From: an uncultured delta proteobacterium
Lineage (GTDB): Bacteria > Desulfobacterota > Binatia > Binatales > Binataceae
Assembly: GCA_963724765.1 (NCBI GenBank)
Contig: CAVRVY010000002.1
Location: 497,166-561,165, forward strand
DNA length: 64,000 nt
Direction of reading: 5' to 3'
The stretch's first letter is position 1; every line of letters begins with the position of its first letter. The notes beneath the pieces were generated by a model. It did no database searches and was not told the DNA's origin. It saw only the letters and a program-made list of their open reading frames with translations. Below are positions 61,553 to 64,000 of the stretch, one piece after another. Made by a program: the position numbers and the translations under genes.

Positions 61553-62185
61553 TTGGACAGCGAAACCAGGATTCGGCGGGGCGCGTTCCTCGGCGTCTTC
61601 GTCGCGATGGCGCTATGGGAGGTCTTCGCACCGCGCCGGCCGCTCGCGCCCGGACGCTCCTGGCGTTGGCCCAACAACCTCGGCGTGGCCGCGTTCAACG
61701 CGATCCTTCTGCGAGTCCTGATGCCGGGCGCGGCGGTTGCGGTCGCCGCAGCCGGTGAGCTCGAGCACTGGGGCCTTTTCAACAATCTCCCGCCTGCGAT
61801 CGAGCGCCACCTGCCGCGAGCCGCGATCGTTTTGTTGTCGGTGATACTTCTCGAGGTCGCGCTCAACACGACTTCGATGTTCAATCACAGCAACGTGCGA
61901 ATTCCGCTCGCCGCCGACCGCGCGCTCCGATGGCTACTGGTCACGCCCGACATGCATCGCGTCCATCACTCGGTCATCCGCGCCGAGACCAATAGCAACT
62001 TTGGTTTCAACCTCTCATGGTGGGACCGCACGCTGGGGACGTATCGCGCGCAGCCGGAGCGCGGCCGTCTCGGGATGACGATCGGCCTCGATCAGTTCCG
62101 CGACCTGACCGCACTGAGGCTCGATCGGATGCTGTTGCAGCCGTGGCGCGGCGCCGCCGGCGCCTATCCGCTCGGCCGCGAGTAG
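61553..62185 (+). CDS. Sterol desaturase/fatty acid hydroxylase, apparently internally deleted
   Basis: FNHSN, HRVHH, NFG...WDR present; first His boxes absent. Confidence 0.7.
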   Translation: MDSETRIRRGAFLGVFVAMALWEVFAPRRPLAPGRSWRWPNNLGVAAFNAILLRVLMPGAAVAVAAAGELEHWGLFNNLPPAIERHLPRAAIVLLSVILLEVALNTTSMFNHSNVRIPLAADRALRWLLVTPDMHRVHHSVIRAETNSNFGFNLSWWDRTLGTYRAQPERGRLGMTIGLDQFRDLTALRLDRMLLQPWRGAAGAYPLGRE

Positions 62186-62269
62186 CCGCGGCGCGTCCTC
62201 GCGCGCGCTGCGATTGCGGTAACGCGCCGCGCCGCGATTGGGCTATAGTTGCGCCGGAAAGGTGCCCCC

Positions 62270-63447
62270 ATGAGCGCATATCTTTACGAAGTGCTCGAAC
62301 GTCTCGTTGCCTTCGATACCGTCAGCTCGAACAGCGACGCGCCGGCGATGGAGTTCCTGGCCGCGCGTTTCGGCGCGCACGGCTTTAAGGTCCATCTCCA
62401 TCGCATCGAGGTCGCCGGCACGCCGCAGCTCAACCTGGTCGCTTGGGCGGGGCCGCCGCGTCCCGCCGGCCTGACCATCTCCGGCCATCTCGACACGGTG
62501 CCGTACGCGGGGCAGCCGGGATGGAACCGCGACCCCCTCAAGCTCGGCGTCGACGCCGATCGCGTATGGGGCCGCGGCACGACCGACATGAAGGGCTTCC
62601 TCGCCGAATGCGTCGCTGCGGCGGCCCTGCTCGACCTGCGCGCGCTCAAGCGTCCGCTGGTCTTCATCTTCACCAGCAACGAGGAGGTCGGATGCCTCGG
62701 AGCCGAGAGCGTTTGCGGAGCGCTCGGTTCGATCCTGGGAGAGATTCCCGCGCCAAAGCTGGTATGGATCGGCGAGCCGACTTCATGGCAGGTGCAGCAC
62801 GCGCACAAGAGCATCGTGCTGTTCGACGTGACGGTGCGCGGAGTCGGCGGCCATAGCGGCGCGCCCGAGCAGGGCGTCAACGCGATCGCGGTCGCAGGCC
62901 GCGCGCTCGAGGCGATCGGCCATCTGCAGGCCGAGCGGCGCACGCCGAGCGACAAGTTCATGCGCATCTTTCCCGACTCGCCCTACGACGTGCTCAACGT
63001 CGGGACGATCGCGGGCGGTATCGCGCCCAACATTATCGCCGAGCAGTGCCGCTTCGCGATTACCTACCGCTCGCTGCCCGACGCCGAACCGCTCGAGATC
63101 TATCGCGAGGTCGAGCGCCGGCTCGCCGCGCTCGACCCGTACGACTACGCCTCGCACAATCATTGCGCGGCGATCGAGGTTGGCCCGCCGATGGTGGTGC
63201 CGCCGTTGCTCGCGCCGCGCGACACCGCGCTCGAGCGCGCGCTGCTCCAGGTCACCGGGACGCGCGAGGTCGACGGCGCGCTGTTCGGGACGGACGGCGG
63301 ATGGTTCGCGCGGGCCGGGATGGTTCCCCTGATCTGCGGGCCGGGCGATTCGATCAGGCGCACAAGCCCAACGAGAACGTCGGGCGCGCGGCGCTGGAGA
63401 GCGGCACGGAGAAGATACTCAAGGTCATCGCGCGCTTACTCCAGTAG
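62270..63447 (+). CDS. M20 acetylornithine deacetylase-like (ArgE), frameshift near 63345
   Basis: SGHLDTVP, GRGTTDMKG, NEEVG, GEPT, GGHS, QAHKPNE. Confidence 0.88.
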
Positions 63448-63556
63448 TAGCTTGAGTTGTTCTCTCGATCGTTTGCAGCCCGCGTTCTTAACTCCCTCCC
63501 CCCTCGCCCAAAACAATTGGGGGAGAGAATTAAGATAGGAAACCACTTGGTACTGA

Positions 63557-64000
63557 CTACGCAAACGTCGCGACCAGTTCGCGCAGGCGATCCTGGCGCC
63601 GCTCAGTATCGATACACCGTCGCCAACCAACAACGTGTCGAAATCGATCGCGAGCAGGCTCCGCACACTCTCCCGCAGGCGCGCCGGATCGTCCATCACC
63701 TGTTCGCGCAGCAGGCCGCATCGGCCGGGCGGGTTCCCAATCACCGCGTCGCCCACGATCAGTATCTTTCGCTCGGGCCAGTGCAGCGCCGACCTCGCCC
63801 GGGCGACTTGCCAGGGACCGCGACGACGCTGAGCGGGCCGACGCGCTCGCCCACACGGAGTTCGTCGTCGATAACCGCGCCATGGCTCCGCGCGTAGGCG
63901 GCGTCGGCGGGATGAATCGCGGACTCGGGCGCCGGCGCGCTCGCGCACGAGGTCGGCGGCGCGCACGTGGGACAATTCGTGAGCAGGACGCGCGTGGGGC
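63557..64000 (-). CDS. Metallo-beta-lactamase fold hydrolase (partial, frameshifted)
   Basis: HVRAAD, IHPAD, ILIVGDAVIG, FDTLLVGDG. Confidence 0.6.
   Translation of the reverse strand, partial: APRASCSRIVPRARRRPRARARRRPSPRFIPPTPPTRGAMARLSTTNSVWASASARSASSRSLASRPGEVGAALARAKDTDRGRRGDWEPARPMRPAARTGDGRSGAPAGECAEPARDRFRHVVGWRRCIDTERRQDRLRELVATFA

Noticed and set aside
61553-62185. Short desaturase as a novel minimal enzyme
   Set aside because: Lacks essential His boxes; an internal deletion or assembly collapse is more likely
32267-63447. Frameshifts in res, mod, trbJ, trbE, traG, relaxase, trbI, trbG and argE read as programmed frameshifting or ICE decay
   Set aside because: They also hit host genes outside the ICE and I saw no shared slippery motif; long-read indel errors are the simpler explanation. 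Needs read polishing.
1-64000. CRISPR array, retron/reverse transcriptase, integron cassettes, prophage structural genes
   Set aside because: No regularly spaced repeats, cas, RT, attC-like series or virion genes were recognised by eye

Overview
A ~55 kb integrative conjugative element (ICE; 4481-59523) in a high-GC bacterial chromosome. It is inserted in tRNA-Arg(CCT) and bounded by a 41-bp direct repeat that, unusually, is the 5' half of the tRNA. The backbone has a tyrosine integrase, Xre and Xis at the left end, ssb/ardC behind long hairpins, and an IncP/Tn4371-like Trb T4SS with VirD4, MOBP relaxase, TraF and a candidate oriT at the right end. Cargo: (i) a PRTase + SLOG-HTH pair followed by a Schlafen/AlbA_2 protein; (ii) an IS110 followed by a mosaic of gene fragments; (iii) a sigma54-controlled aromatic ring-degradation operon ending in an ornithine cyclodeaminase-family gene; (iv) HigBA, SRAP and a structured non-coding element; (v) a defence cluster with ASCH, a glycosylase-like protein, a Type III R-M system, an IS630-disrupted RloC-like ATPase, an ApeA-like HEPN protein and a NucS-like nuclease. 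Host genes flank the ICE: P-type ATPase and PPK2 on the left; TetR, GST, desaturase, ArgE-like and MBL on the right. Many genes inside and outside the ICE have single-base frameshifts, probably long-read indel errors, so pseudogene calls are uncertain. All family calls come from motif recognition by eye, not database searches.
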